Assembly: GCF_006345805.1 (NCBI RefSeq)
Contig: NC_042999.1
Span: 169,384,001-169,448,000 of the forward strand
Direction: 5' to 3'
DNA length: 64,000 nt
Source: Octopus sinensis
Lineage: Eukaryota
The position numbers and the translations under genes are program-made. A model generated the notes under the pieces. That model searched no databases. It was not told the DNA's origin and saw only the letters and a list, made by a program, of their open reading frames with translations. Numbering within the stretch: the stretch's first letter is position 1; every line of letters starts with the position of its first letter. Of this stretch, positions 12,468 to 25,837 are shown piece after piece.

Positions 12468-12924
12468 TACTTAAGAAATAAAAGTGAATATAATAATACA
12501 CCTGTTGTAAAATTATACAAATGGTCTAAGATAATTGACAGGTAAATACAACAAACAAATTTTAATTCATCTGTTTTTCATGTATGGAAAAATTATCTAA
12601 GACACTGATATTGCATGTGTTACGGAGGGAGCTAACTACTACTATAGCCTCCCATATAGGGATATGACGACAAAGGGGCCACGATGCAATTGCTAACTTC
12701 TTACAAATATTAACTTCAATCTTACCCAGGTCACACTGCAATCTTACATAAAGAAGGATTCAATAAGCAATATAGTCTCTCATTCACAAAAAGAATGTCT
12801 GACATAAGATTGCTGGATCATAAGGCTAGCCTAGAGCTAGATGAACGCTGATGTTGAGAAATCATATTCATCTGTAGGAAGTTTATCAATAAGCAATGAT
12901 AGAAACCTATAAATATATTAATGA

Positions 12925-13252
12925 CTAGCAGTATCACCCGGCGTTGCTCGGGTTTGTAAGGGAAATAACTATATAAGCATTTTTAGAGAGTTATAGCCAA
13001 AAAATAGCAAAAAAAATGCATTGAAAATGGGAAAAAAATTATGGTAAATTTTTTTTAAATCGTTGACTCATCGTAGACATTTTTAGAGAGTTACTTCCCT
13101 TAGCGAAAAAAATGCATTAAAATGGGGAAAAAATTATGGTAGATTATTTTTAAGATACCCGCTTTTGGTTACACTGCACCGCAAAATGTGGGAGTAGTTA
13201 GGAATCTAAATCGTAGGAGACAGACACACAACTTGACTTTTATATATAAAGA
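12925..13252 (-). mobile_element. Non-autonomous Helitron-like element (family E), internally deleted
   Basis: Minus strand begins TC(tttatatataaaa) and ends cccgagcaacgccgggtgatactgCTAG, inserted between A and T; homologous to 44586, 45448, 63822. Confidence 0.8.
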
Positions 13253-13574
13253 TATCCTTAGATGACAATATCTGTAATATATAAATGGAGGGTAGTGAAT
13301 TGGCAAACTCAGTAGAGCAGTGCCTTGTGGTATTTATCTACTAGTATTTATGTTCTGATTTGAAATTCCACTGCTGTCAGCTTTGCCTTTTATTCCTCTG
13401 AAGGTAATAAAATAAGTAGCAGTCAAGTGCTTATATCATGAGAATTGACTTTCCATTCATATAGAATATATGACCTAGTGCATGAAATAGTAATCAATGT
13501 TTGTATGCTGACCAACCTTCTCTTTAACACTCGCTGAGGTGCAATTCCTATGATATTTAGTACATTCAATATGT

Positions 13575-13860
13575 GGAGGCGCAATGGCCCAGTGGTTAGG
13601 GCAGCGGACTCGCAGTCGTAGGATCACGGTTTCGATTCCCAGACCAGGCGTTGTGAGTGTTTATTGAGCGAAAACACCTGAAGCTCCACGAGGCTCTGGC
13701 AGGGGATAGTGGCGATCCCTGCTGTACTCCTTCGCCACAACTTTCTCTCACTTTTTCTTCTGTTGGCCTGCTCGCTTAGCCAGAGGGGTGGCGTCATTCG
13801 AAGGCTAAAACAATGTGTAGCAACATCTGATAGCCTGGTCGGTCACGGTGACGGTGTCAT
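13575..13860 (+). mobile_element. tRNA-derived SINE family A, tail type 1
   Basis: Head ggaggcgcaatggcccagtggttagggcagcggactcgc..ggtttcgattccc with A/B-box-like motifs; homologous to 25451 and 61181. Confidence 0.88.
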
Positions 13861-13925
13861 ATTCAATACAATAAATAATTAAATAAAGAAATCAATATAT
13901 TTTCTTTTCACTATCATTTATATAG

Positions 13926-14042
13926 GTGAACGATACTGATCTGACCAAAGCAACACACCAGGAAGCTGTAATGGCATTGATCAAACCTTGCAATCAGATG
14001 ACACTGGAAGTGGTACATGAACCCCCACTGCTAGGTCTACAT
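13926..14042 (+). CDS. scrib: Scribble-like exon: PDZ3 C-half and linker (VNDTDLTKATHQEAVMALIKPCNQMTLEVVHEPPLLGLH)
   Basis: tatag|GTG..CAT|gtgagt; 117 nt, phase 0; the ATHQEAV..L.KPC motif matches Scribble PDZ3 helix B. Confidence 0.93.
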
Positions 14043-14443
14043 GTGAGTTTTTCTCACTAAAATCTACCTCATCACTAATACACCAACCTGCTAGCATGTT
14101 GAACATCACTAAACATTGCTACATCACTAAACGCTACCATGTCTCTGAACACTTTCACATCATGCTTGCGTACTACACATTCCCATATTAATCAACAACA
14201 AACTATTTTGAAAACCTTATTAAATTACATATGAACTGATGATGAAACTTTTTGGGTCAGGAAAGAAACTTCATGACTGCCATGACACTGCATCCTTTAA
14301 GGCCCTCATGCTTTCCGAAATCCGCCGAAACTACACCTGATTATATATACACTTTAGATGAGTTGTAGTGCACCTGAGCACTGTACACAATTATTATTAT
14401 TATTATTATTACTATTATTATTATAATTCAAGCAGAAAACTGC

Positions 14444-14501
14444 TTAACCCTTTCGTTACTGTATTTATTTTGAGATGCTCTGTATTTCTTTCAATTACTT
14501 T

Positions 14502-14538
<37 letters not shown>

Positions 14539-14965
14539 TTAGCGTCCGTTTTCCATGCTAGCATGGATTGGATGGTTTAACTGGGGTCTGTGAAGCCAGA
14601 AGGCTTCATCAGGCCCAGTCAGATTTGGCAGTGTTTCTACGGCTGGATGCCCTTCCTAATGCCAACCACTCCGTGAGTGTAGTGGGTGCTTTTTACGTGC
14701 CACCTGCACAGGTGCCAGACAGAGCTGGCAAACGGCCACGAACGGATGGTGCTTTTACGTGCTACCGGCACGGGGGCCAGGCGAGGGGCTTTGTTTAATA
14801 TAACAAAGAATTTACTAAAATAACTTAGTCATCATTCAGCTGGTGTTAGGAACATAAATTGTGACTAAGGTTTGGTGTAAGATTTTAATTCAAAATTTAT
14901 GAAAGCAAGACATTTGTACTCAGAGCCAGAGCCGGTTTCAGCCGGGTTAGTAACGAAAGGATTAA
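14444..14965. mobile_element. piggyBac-type MITE (TTAA-CCC ends) interrupted by an RTE 3'-end copy
   Basis: ttaaccctttcgttact ... agtaacgaaaggattaa terminal inverted repeats. Confidence 0.8.
14505..14792 (-). mobile_element. RTE 3'-end copy nested in the MITE
   Basis: (CAT)n tail plus conserved core. Confidence 0.9.
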
Positions 14966-15271
14966 TACAACAGCCAAACCTTATGAAACAAATTCCTTTC
15001 TGTCTTCAAGTTAGAATTTGGACAGCCTTCCTTACAATAAAGAGGAAATGGCTTTAACTATACTGAGTTAGTAATGGAACTTCTATATTGATGTTTAATG
15101 CTGAGTAACAACTTAACTATCTCACCTCTTTAGTGTTTTTAAGATAGGACTCACATATTTTATAATAAAATAACACAACCATGGCTGAAGTGCAAATCTA
15201 AAAATGATTTAGTCTGTTACCCTCACAGGTCTTCTGATGCACAATGATGTTCAACCAATACAGTAAATACC

Positions 15272-15505
15272 TATTTCTTTATTACCCACAAGGGGCTAAA
15301 CATGGAGGGGACAAACAAGGACAGACATAGGTATTAAGTCGATTACATCGACCCCAGTGCGTAACTGGTACTTTAATTTATCGACCCCGAAAGGATGAAA
15401 GGCAAAGTCGACCTCGGCGGAATTTGAACTCAGAACGTAACGGCAGACGAAATACCGCAAAGCATTTCGCCCGGCGTGCTAACGTTTCTGCCAGCTCGCC
15501 GCCTT
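15272..15505 (-). mobile_element. tRNA-derived SINE family C (MetaSINE-like core), young
   Basis: Head ggcggcgagctggcagaaacgttagc..gttcaaattcc, core cctttcatcctttcggggtcgataaa; 15-bp TSD aatacagtaaatacc (15257-15271, 15506-15520). Confidence 0.9.
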
Positions 15506-15807
15506 AATACAGTAAATACCCCTAAACAGTCTACTACACAACAGTTGGCCCCTATTAAGCACTGCTACCCTACTGTACTTGGTTGTGGTTGTCATATCAT
15601 GTAAACACAAGTTAACTCACTAAATGTAAATGAAGTAGCAGTAAACACCACTTTACAAAATATAACAAATCAAGACATCTTAATCCTCATCACTCCATCA
15701 TGACACTCATATGCTCTTATCCCTTCCTTCCTTCCATAGCACTCACCTCTTTCATATCACTCTTCTCTCAACTTTTTCAACTTATCTTTCCATTTGTCCA
15801 TTTCCAG

Positions 15808-15924
15808 AAATACACAATAAGCAAACATCCTGATGAAAAGTTGGGTCTCCGAATTCGTGGTGGTGCCCTTACCTATGCAGATAACACTACAAACAGGACA
15901 GATGATGGAATATTTATCTCCAAT
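15808..15924 (+). CDS. scrib: Scribble-like exon: PDZ4 N-half (KYTISKHPDEKLGLRIRGGALTYADNTTNRTDDGIFISN)
   Basis: tttccag|AAA..AAT|gtaaga; 117 nt, phase 0; EKLG..IRGG....D.GIFIS motif. Confidence 0.92.
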
Positions 15925-15930
15925 GTAAGA

Positions 15931-16130
<200 letters not shown>

Positions 16131-16159
16131 CAGAAAGCAGAACCAAAATTGAGGTCGAT

Positions 16160-16486
16160 CAACATCAGTGGAAATTGCAGCTGTGGTTAAGCGAACCATC
16201 CGATCGTGGCCGTTGCCGGCACCGCCCCGTCTGGTCTCCGTGCTGGTGGCACGTAAAAGCACCATCCGTCCGTGGCTGTTTGCCAGCTCCGTCTGGCACC
16301 TGTGCGGGTGGCACGTAAAAAGCACCCACTACACTCACGGAGTGGTTGGCGTTAGGAAGGGCATCCAGCCGTAGAAACACTACCAGATCAGACTGGGCCT
16401 GGTGCAGCCTTCCGGCTTCACAGACCCCAGTTGAACCATCCAACCTATGCTAGCATGGAAAGCGGATGCTAAATGACGATGATGAT
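16160..16486 (+). mobile_element. RTE 3'-end copy
   Basis: Core gttaggaagggcatccagccgtagaaac and tail ..ctaaatgacgatgatgat. Confidence 0.9.
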
Positions 16487-17584
16487 ATATATATATAGCC
16501 TATCACTTGTAAGTTTTCTCAGTGAATGCCTTTCTTTAACTGTCTTCCTCTTTTTTCTCCTGCTCTCTTTTTATTTTTCATATTCCTCCTCATATTTCAT
16601 ATTTTATCAGTTTTTTCCATTTACTTTACTGCGTTTCCTTCTTTTATGATCATCCTGCTTTGTTCTTTTTCTTCCTTACTTTTTAACTTTTTATTTAGTA
16701 AATTAGTTAATTGTTGGCAAACTAAAGTAAGACCAGACTATGATATCTAGTTTAAAACACTTCAGATATGCCACTGCAAAAAGGTATGAAAAACAAAAGT
16801 TCTTCTACATTTTCCCTGTAAAATTTTGGGTTTCATAAAGAATTTGGTTTGCTGTTATTGTTGCCGAGTTGATGGATTTGGGCATTGGATAAATTGTTTT
16901 TTGGATTAGATCTGCTCGTTTATATTCTAAGTACAAATTCATTGCTGCTTTACCTTCTTTTCTGATCACCCTGCTTCCTTCTTTCTTTTTAGTTTTTTAT
17001 TTAGCAAATTAGTCAATTGTTGGCAAACTGAAGTTTATCTACCCTTTCAAGGTAGATAAAATAAAGTACCCATTAAATATTGGGGTAAATTTAATCACCT
17101 AAACTCTCTCTCAGATTTCAGACCTTGTGCCCTGGGAGGAAGGAAAGGGCAATGGATTAACAGAATTGTTAATGTTGAACAAAATGCTTTGCAATATTTC
17201 TTTTGGTTTTCAAGTTTAAATCCTCACAAGATCAATACTGTGTTTCCATGGTTGATTAAAATTACCGTTTAAGTACTGGGATCGATATAGTTGACTTTGC
17301 AATCCCTGAAAATTTCTGTCCTTGTACCTAATTGAAGCAAAAATAGCAAAACATGTAACTAAATGATATGTGTGTACTTCAGTTGCATCCCTCTTACCAA
17401 GTTCAAAATTCCACTAGAATTGATTTTGTCTTTTGGCTCTCTAGTGTTAGTATCAGTAATATACTGAGATCAATTCAAGTAGTGATATGTTTTCCCTACA
17501 AATAAAGGCTTTGCTCATTATTGTTGTTGTTAATGCATTTGAATAACACCAGCAGTAGAATCAAAATTAATTTCCTAACAGTGT

Positions 17585-17812
17585 TTAACCCTTTAGTGTT
17601 CAGATTATTCTGCCAAATGTGATGTTTGTTTATTGAAAATGGTTTGAATCAATCCTGCATTATCTTGTAGTTTAGAGATTTCAGTGATGTGATTTCTTAG
17701 TTTTAGAACGACATGGTAGGGCTGAGGTGAGAGGCAAGATCTGGTCAGTTTCAATATAAAACAGGTTAAATATTTTGACCAGATATGGCCGGTTTGAATG
17801 CTAAAGGCTTAA
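17585..17812. mobile_element. piggyBac-type MITE, second family
   Basis: ttaaccctttag..ctaaaggcttaa; homologous to 53881-54108. Confidence 0.75.
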
Positions 17813-18218
17813 TTTTGTTCCCCTACGTTCTGAGTTCAAATCCCACCAAGGTTGAGTTTGCTTTTACCTTGATGTGGTTCAATAAAATAAGTAACAATCA
17901 AGCATTAAAATCTATTTCAGTTTGGCTGCACACCTTGCCTCACCCCAATTTGTGGGCTTATGTCTTTGTCATTGATAAAAGAACGGTTCATTGACAGGCT
18001 GGGTGGAGCACCCAAGAATGTGCTTTCTGATATCTACTTATATTCTCTTGCATTCTGTCTTTAAATTTTACCAATTTGTTTTTTTATCTTTCATTTTCCA
18101 AACTTGATAAAGTGCCTAGTCAAGTACTGGGGTTGCTTTATTCAGGTAAACCATCTTTCTTCAAAATTGTGGCCTTGTGCCTAACATAAAATCATCTTTA
18201 TAATTACTACTACTACAG

Positions 18219-18281
18219 ATTGCACCTGACGGAGCTGTAGCAAGACATGGCCAGTTAAGTGTTGGACAAAGAATATTGCAA
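18219..18281 (+). CDS. scrib: Scribble-like exon: PDZ4 middle (IAPDGAVARHGQLSVGQRILQ)
   Basis: ctacag|ATT..CAA|gtatgt; 63 nt, phase 0; G.VAR.G.L.VG.RIL PDZ motif. Confidence 0.92.
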
Positions 18282-18348
18282 GTATGTCTTTTATTTCTCA
18301 ATCTTAAGCCTATGATAATTCTTTGGATTGTTTGTATGTTTTTTGTTT

Positions 18349-21300
18349 TTTAGGTGTCTGAGATGTGTATTTGCGACGGTGATGGTAAAATATGAGGGAA
18401 TCAAGAAAGGCACGTGTGTAGTGCTCGTAAATATCTTTTTCATAGAGAGCAAGCAGTAAACTCAGGCAATACAAATGTTTAGCTATGATAATTTATTCAT
18501 TGTAAAATGTTACAGCATCCTGGTATGATAAGCTTACAAAGTCGGTGTGCATGTGAACACATTATCAAATGGTACCTCCTGCGAGACAGGCATCATGACA
18601 CTACATGTAGGGAGCTGAAACAAAGAAAGAGAGCTAGCAGTCCTAGCTGTGGGCAGTTGGCAAGCTGGCTGCCCAAAAGGAAAAGAGGCTGAGTCCTGTC
18701 TGTTGAGCTCCTTATATTTTTTTTACCACTTCCATTATCTGTAAAGGCTGTTGTGTTTTGCACATGTGTCATGGCTACCTGTTGTGTCCCTTCCGGATTT
18801 TTATGTTTAGCCCTGAGACAATCGAAGCAGGCATGACAGGTATGCTACAGACTCCCTTTGCAGTCATAAAGCTATGGCAATAATGAGAGACGAAAGATAA
18901 TATGTATTTACAGTGCAAAACCTACCAGGAGCCTTTAAGGTGCAAAATAATAAACTAAAGGAAATGTAATATGTAACAATACAATAGTGAAAGTAGAGTG
19001 CATATGCAATGATGAAAATAGTATGCATATGCAATGAAAATGACATGAAAACAAAATATCACACTTCAAGGAAAGAGTTTATCCATACAAGAATTCTGCT
19101 GGGGAAAAACGAATGTCTGCCTTGACAGTAGAATGAAGACCAAGAACAATGGGCAAGTGTTCCATCCATTTCTGTGGGTCAGGATATGCATGCAGAGATT
19201 GCTTGAAACTGGCGATAGAATCACTTGATACATCCATTTGAGGCAGGATGGTAGCTCACTATGGAGCTATGTCTTGATTCTAAGATTTTGGTCAGATCGT
19301 GGAAAAGTTGAGATTCAAATTGTCAATCTCTGTCAGTTGTAATTGTTGCAGAGGAACCGAAACAAGAAATCCAACCCAATACGAGTGCCTGAGCGATAGG
19401 TGGTGATGACAAATCTGCGATGGGTATGGTTCTGGCCATCATGAGAAATGGTCTATGCATTTCAATAAGTATGTATATTCCTGACTCAAGGGCCAGGATC
19501 CTTAAAGGTCTATGTGGATATGCTGGAAACGGATGGGCGAATGTTCCCAGCAGTGCTTTGATGTGCCTGTGAACCTTCACTTTCTGGCAAGGCAAGCAGT
19601 TCCTGGGCCAGTCGGCGAGGTCTCATCTTATGTTGGGCCATATGAAAAGAGTTGAAATTAGCTTCAAAGTGGCAGCAACCCCAGGGTGTGAGATGTTATG
19701 TAGCACAGAAAAAACTCAAACAGATGAGGGTAATTGGTGGAGATATCACAAAGAATCCGAGTTGAAAGTTGTTACAAGTAGTCATTGAAGGTCAAAGGGA
19801 GAGGACTCTGATTTGTTGCTATCTATGTTCTCAGCTCATGGTTGATCTTTTACCATGACATCCAAATCGATCTCAGCAGGTGAGAATATGGAGTCAATAG
19901 ACAAACGAGACAAACCATCGGCAGTGATATTTCCTTTTCCAGGAATGTGCCGGATATCACTGGTGAATTGGAAAATGAAATCCAAGTAATGTATATCTCA
20001 GGGTGAGAATTTTGTTGGGCTTACATTTTCAAGCAAGGGATAGTGGTTTGTGATCGGTGTAAATTGTGAAACTCCTGCCCTATAGCATGCACTGGAAATG
20101 TTTGACTGTGAGGTAGATGGCAAGCAGTTCACGACTGAAAGTACTATCATGAGTCTGGGCTGGTTTGAGCCATTTTGGAAAGTATGCAAGAGGTTTCCAT
20201 TCGGAACCACACAGTTTGTGTAACACACAACCAACACCAACGTCTGAAGCATCTACAGACAACGACAGCTTTGCATCAGGAACCAGATAAGTCAGCATAA
20301 AGACATGTCATAAACTCTGTTTGATATCCTGAAAGGCTTTGGTTTGGGTTGGAGCAAAGGAGATGGGTTTATTTGTTTTCTTTCTGTTCTGCAACATATC
20401 TGTAAAGGGTGCCAATATTTGTGAACAGTTAAGAATAAAGTGTCAGTAAAAATTTACGAGGCCTAGAAAATGAGGGAGTCGCTGCAGTGAAGTAGGTCCA
20501 GGAATCTTTCCGACTGCATCAACTTTTTTTAGCTAAAGGCCTGCTTCTGTCTTTGTTGATGGTGTGTCTCAGAAAAATAAGGGAAAGCGCTCCGAAAACA
20601 CATTGCATGCTGTTAATCCGGATGCTGTGCTGCAACAGATGAGCAAATAGCTGTTGTGGATGAATTTCATGTTCAGCTTCAGTATGAAGTGGCAATGTGA
20701 AAATCGTCAATGTACACATACATGAAATTGAGATCATGGATGACTTCATCTATAAAGCGTTGGAAAGAGCTTGCAGCATTACGTAACTCGAATGACATTG
20801 TTAAATACTTGAAAGCTCCAAAGGGATTGGTTACAGCAGTTCTGGAATGTTGTCAGGATGGATGGGTATTTGGTGGTGCACAGACAAGATCTAGTTTTGA
20901 AAAAATAGTACTGCCATATAGCAAAACTGTAAAATCCTGAAAGTGTGGAATTGAGCACTGGTCTAGTACTGTGATGGCATTAAGTCGTCTATAGTTCCTG
21001 CAGGGTCACCAGTCGGCAGATGATTTCTTCAGTACCATGTGTAAGGGAGAAGTCCAGCTACTGGAAGAAAGATATACAATTCTGAGCTGTAACACGTGCC
21101 TGAATTCTGCTTTTGGAGCCTTAAGCTTTTCTGCTGACAAACGTCTTGGGTGAGAAAAAACAGGAGGGCCTGTGGTCAAAATGTGGTATTCTATGGAGTG
21201 TGAGTTATCTTTTCCATAGTACATGGGTTTTTTGTTAACTCCGGGAATGACTGCAACAATGAGTGTTGTTTGTTTGAAGCAGCAGTGACAAAGAAAATCG

Positions 21301-22955
21301 GGCTGACTGTGGAAACAAATCAGTCAGTGCCATGCACTCTGAGTTGCATCTTGCTGCCAATCAATTGCCTGTTCTTCAGATCGAACAGCAAGGAAAAAGG
21401 AGAGTGGTCAGCAATTAGAGAAACCTACTGGAAGCATCGTCTGAGTCATAGATTTAAGGTGAGAGAAATTTTGCCATATATTGTGATAGGTGAATGGTTG
21501 TCTGCTTGCAAGGTAATGGCTGAAGGAAAAGGTTTTCTATGTGTATATTTAACTGGTCAGATACTACAGGTAGCTCCTGAGTCAATCAGGAAGCTTTTCT
21601 GGGAAATTTCTTCTTCAATAAAAATTGCACGACTTGGTGGGGTAGCCATGCTTACTGCTCCGTTCTGATGTTTCCCTGGGTGCAGTATGAGCAAGATGGT
21701 GTGCATTTCATTGCCTTGACACTGTATGGTGCCAACATACAGATCCCTCATTATCAACGTACTGATGTCTGGATAGAGATCTTGAGTGAGATCAGTTGTT
21801 TTGCACGTGGGACTATGTTCCTTTCTAAATGGCAGTTGCAAACTTCCACTACCAGGTCTTCAATTGTTTTTTCCATGGCGTGTTGAAAATCTTGGAACTA
21901 GGATGCTATGGCCACTACAGTAATGGAAAGAGGAGAAGATATTGTCGGACTGGTTATTTCCATTATTTTATCCGCTGATGTTGCCAGTTGTTCCACGGTA
22001 CTGATGTCGCACATGGATGCAAGGATGGCCTGGATGTTAGGCAGATGAAAAAAGATAACTGCTTGAAAAAACTGCTCTCTAATGTATTGCCTTCTACAAG
22101 CTGGTGCATTCTACGCAGCAGTTGCAACAGGGCTTGCTCTCCTAACTGTTCATCGTTCATCAGTTAGTGAAATTTTTTCTCCACTGACATAAAATTCCAC
22201 TGGACAATCTCAACCTTGACAGAAGTAAAGCTAACATCCACAGGTGAATTTGTAATTACATCCCATACTTTGCTCGTGAGAGCAGTTGGCAAAAAAATTA
22301 TCAGAAGATGCAATCACTGTGTTTCAGAATACACATGGTTTGCTGCAAAGTAGGATTCCATTTGGACAAATCAAACGGCAATGTCTCCAGTGAAAATAGG
22401 CACAGGTGGATGAGAAACAGCCGCTGTTGAAGGTGACACCATTGTTACTTAGCAAGTGTGCAAGTGAAAGTCTGGTGAAAGAAATGTCGCTGTTATGATG
22501 CTCTGTACTGCCGTGTGAGAAATAGTTTTCTTTTCTCCAATGTCAGGTTCACCACTTTAGGTGTCTGAGATGTGTATTTGTGATGGTGGAATATGAGGGA
22601 ATCAAGACGGGCATGTGTGTAGTGTTCGTAAATATCTTTTTCACAGAGAACAAACAATAAACTCAGGCAATACAAATGTTTAGCTATGATAATTTATTCA
22701 TTGTAAAATGCTACGGCATCCTGGTATGATAAGCTTACAAAGTCGGTGTGCATGTGAACACATTATCAAATGGTACCTCCTGCGAGACAGGCATCATGAC
22801 ACCATGTGTACAGTGCTAAAACAAAGAAAGAAAGCTAGTGGTCCTAGCCGTGGGCAGTTGGCAAGTCCAAAGGGAAAAGAGACTGAGTCCTGTCTGTCGA
22901 GCTCCTTATATTTTTTTTACCACTTCCATTATCTGTAAGGGCTGTTGTATTTGAC
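18349..22955 (-). mobile_element. Decayed Ty3/gypsy LTR retrotransposon (gag-PR-RT-RH-IN) with both LTRs
   Basis: Direct repeats at 18349-18849 and 22556-about 22955; PBS-like tggtgaacctgac (22542-22554); PPT-like gcaaagggag before TGTAG at 18849; fragments FLIDSGA (protease), PPVFSHPRRL..WTSPLHMV and YVYIDD (RT), VDASDVGVG..RELLAIY (RNase H), HPG..C.PCQKVK and ITTDRD (integrase); many stops and frameshifts. Confidence 0.93.
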
Positions 22956-23039
22956 ATCTCAACATGTTTTTATGTATCTGACATAACAAGTGAACTGAAT
23001 CTTGTATAACACATTTTATAATGTGAAGGTACCTTTGAG

Positions 23040-23370
23040 GATTGAAAATAGATCTTACAAATAATCATGTTATCATGGTAGTGTGACATGGGCCTTGAAC
23101 ACAGAGGACATGAGAAGACTGGAAAGAAATGAAGTGAGCATGCTCCATTGGATTTGCATGGAAAGAGTTTGTGAATGGCAAAGTATAAATGTGCTGAGAG
23201 AAAAACTGGGCATAAAAGGAGTCAGATGGAGTGTGCAAGCAAGAAGACTGCGCTGGTGCAGATACACAATGTGCATGGATGAAGAGAACTATATAAAGAA
23301 GGGGCATTCACTAAATGTGGCTGGAGCTTAGACATGTGATGAAGTGGTGAAGGCTGATCTCAGGAGTTTG

Positions 23371-23378
<8 letters not shown>
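23040..23378 (+). mobile_element. RTE LINE C-terminal ORF fragment
   Basis: ORF 23083..23331 TWALNTEDMRRLERNEVSMLHW..LREKLGIKG..RRLRW. Confidence 0.8.
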
Positions 23379-23448
<70 letters not shown>

Positions 23449-23678
23449 AATGAATATATATATATATATATATACAGGATAGGGCTAGACTATATACACC
23501 TAGGACACCTAGAGTAAGCCTAAAAGATCACAAAGGAAACTTCCTGGATAACTCCTCTGTAAGATCAATATGCCCATCAAGATCAGATAGAATAATACCA
23601 AATTAAAATGTATAAATAAACTCAAATTATGGTATAATACTATAGAGGCAATTACATCATTTAATAACTTGGGGAACT

Positions 23679-23680
<2 letters not shown>

Positions 23681-23714
<34 letters not shown>

Positions 23715-23990
23715 TTAACGCCTGTGTTCCATGTTAGCATAGGCGGGATGGTACCACAAGAACCGGCCAGGCCAAAACCTGCACCTGACTTCTGTGACTG
23801 TTATAGCAGGAGTTTTACAGCTGGATGCCCTTCCTAACATCAACCACTCAGTAGAGTGGACTTAGTGCTTTTTATGTGGCACAAGCACAGGCGAGGTCAG
23901 TTGTGGCAAGGTTTTTACAGCTGGATGCCCTCCCAAACACCAACCACTTTACAGTGTGGACTGGGTGCTTTTAAGTGGCACCTGCACTAA
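23681..23990 (-). mobile_element. Older, diverged RTE 3'-end copy
   Basis: (CAT)n tail and two copies of the cagctggatgccctyccxaacaycaaccac core. Confidence 0.75.
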
Positions 23991-24399
23991 CAGGGTCACC
24001 AAGTACATGCAAGACAAAAACTTTTAAGAGAGGAGGAGGTGATGATGAAAAGGTTAAAGTGAGACAGATATAGGTGTCTTGCTGAAGAGGAAGTACAAGG
24101 TTACCCAGCCAGAGAGAGAAAGATCAGGAATGAAGACAGAAATAGGTGTTGCCCAGCCTGAGGGAAGTGCAGGAGAAGGAGAGAGAGAAAATGGGAGATC
24201 ACAGGATGGAGATGGTGGCAAAATGCCAGGCATGCTCACAAGGAACAGGGATCAGAGTATAAATGAGATGGTTGTGTAAAGGAAGAGAAAGTTATTTGAT
24301 GCAGATTCTCTGCTCAACTTTCTCTGTCATGGTCAATGCGATGATCCTATGCTACACACCTTCCTTCCAAGCACTGCTGTAAATAGCAGAAGTGAGTTA

Positions 24400-24969
24400 G
24401 AACGTTAAAACTTAGTCCGAGACCAAAGAAGACACAAATGAGTCGAAGCAATGTGAAGACGTTGTTGATTGTTTTCTTCAATTACAAGGGGATTGTTCAT
24501 CATGAGTATGCTTCACCTGGTCAGACAGTAAACGAGGAGTACTACTGTGATGTTTTGCTGGATTCTATTTGTCAGGAAAGGCCACAATTGCATGCATTCA
24601 ATGAGTAGCAATTGCACCATGACAATGCCCCTGCCCATTCAGTAGCAGTTTTTGGCTAGGTGCAGCATTCCCCAGGTCTGACAGCCACCGTATTCCCCAG
24701 ATTTCACTCCCTGTGACTTTTTCCTTTTTCCAAAAATCAAAGGAAGAAGATTTAAGGACATTGAGGAAATCAAAATGAATGCAACATGGCAGCTGATGAT
24801 TATCCCAGAAAATGAGTTCCAGGAATGCTTCCCTCAATGAAAACAGTGCTGGATTAAGTGTGTGGCTTCTGAAGCGGAATACTTTGAAGGAGATTAAATG
24901 ACAAATTGGTATGTGTTGTAGGTTTGTTTTTATAGCACCAGTTCAGGTCCTTATTGATCAGACCTCGTA
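24400..24969 (+). mobile_element. Mariner transposase C-terminal fragment with right TIR
   Basis: Translates to ..VFFNYKGIVHHEYASPGQTVNEEYY, LHHDNAPAH, QPPYSPDFTPCDFFLFPKIK; ends gatcagacctcgTA. Confidence 0.85.
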
Positions 24970-25450
24970 TAAATACTGACAGAAAAATGAATGCAAATTT
25001 GAAAAGAACATCTTGAGGAGGATCATGATTTATAAATGTGAAATGAAAGCAGGTGCACTAAAATATGTGTACATTGGTGGGACATCAGACGTAATAAAAA
25101 ACTGTCTGAGAAACATTCTTGCATCATTTTTGGATGAAAATAAAAGTCCCTACACATCTTTAGCTAACCTCAGCTGAAGACTAAAAGTGAATGGAGTGGA
25201 ATCCACAACTAAGTGCTCTATATTAAAAAACACCAAACCATAATGATAGAACATCATAGGTTTGCAACATATGACTGGACGACACACTGGAGACTATTAT
25301 CTCCCAGGAAAACATAATTAATAGACACTTTGAAGTGGTTGTATCTTGGAACAATTATGAAACAAACACTAACCAAGCAACAGAGGAACCTCCCAAATGA
25401 CATAAACAAAATGACCTTATGTACAGCATAGAATTTATTACTGGGAAAGT

Positions 25451-25837
25451 GGAGGCGCAATGGCCCAGTGGTTAGGGCAGCGGACTCGCGGTCATAGGAT
25501 TGCGGTTTCAATTCCCAGACCGGACGTTGTGAGTGTTTATTGAGCGAAAACACCTAAAGCTCCACGACGCTCCGGCAGGGGATGGTGGTGATCCCTGCTG
25601 TACTCTTTCACCACAACTTTCTCTCACTCTTACTTCCTGTTTCTGTTGTACCTGTATTTCAAAGGGCTGGCCTTGTCACTCTCTGTGTCATGCTGAATAT
25701 CCACGAGAACTACGTTAAGGGTACACGTGTCTGTGGAGTGCTCAGCCACTTACATGTTAATTTCACGAGCAGGCTGTTCCGTTGATTCGGATCAACCGGA
25801 ACCCTCGTCGTCGTAACCGACGGAGTGTTTCCATCCA
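25451..25837 (+). mobile_element. tRNA-derived SINE family A head with a different 3' half (tail type 2)
   Basis: First ~180 bp match 13575; then ..aagggtacacgtgtctgtggagtgctcagccac..; imperfect TSD attactgggaaagt / attactaggaaatt. Confidence 0.85.

Noticed and set aside
13575-13650. tRNA-like sequences (also at 25451, 39898, 55244, 61400)
   Set aside because: They are SINE heads: no complete cloverleaf, and each continues into a repeated body.
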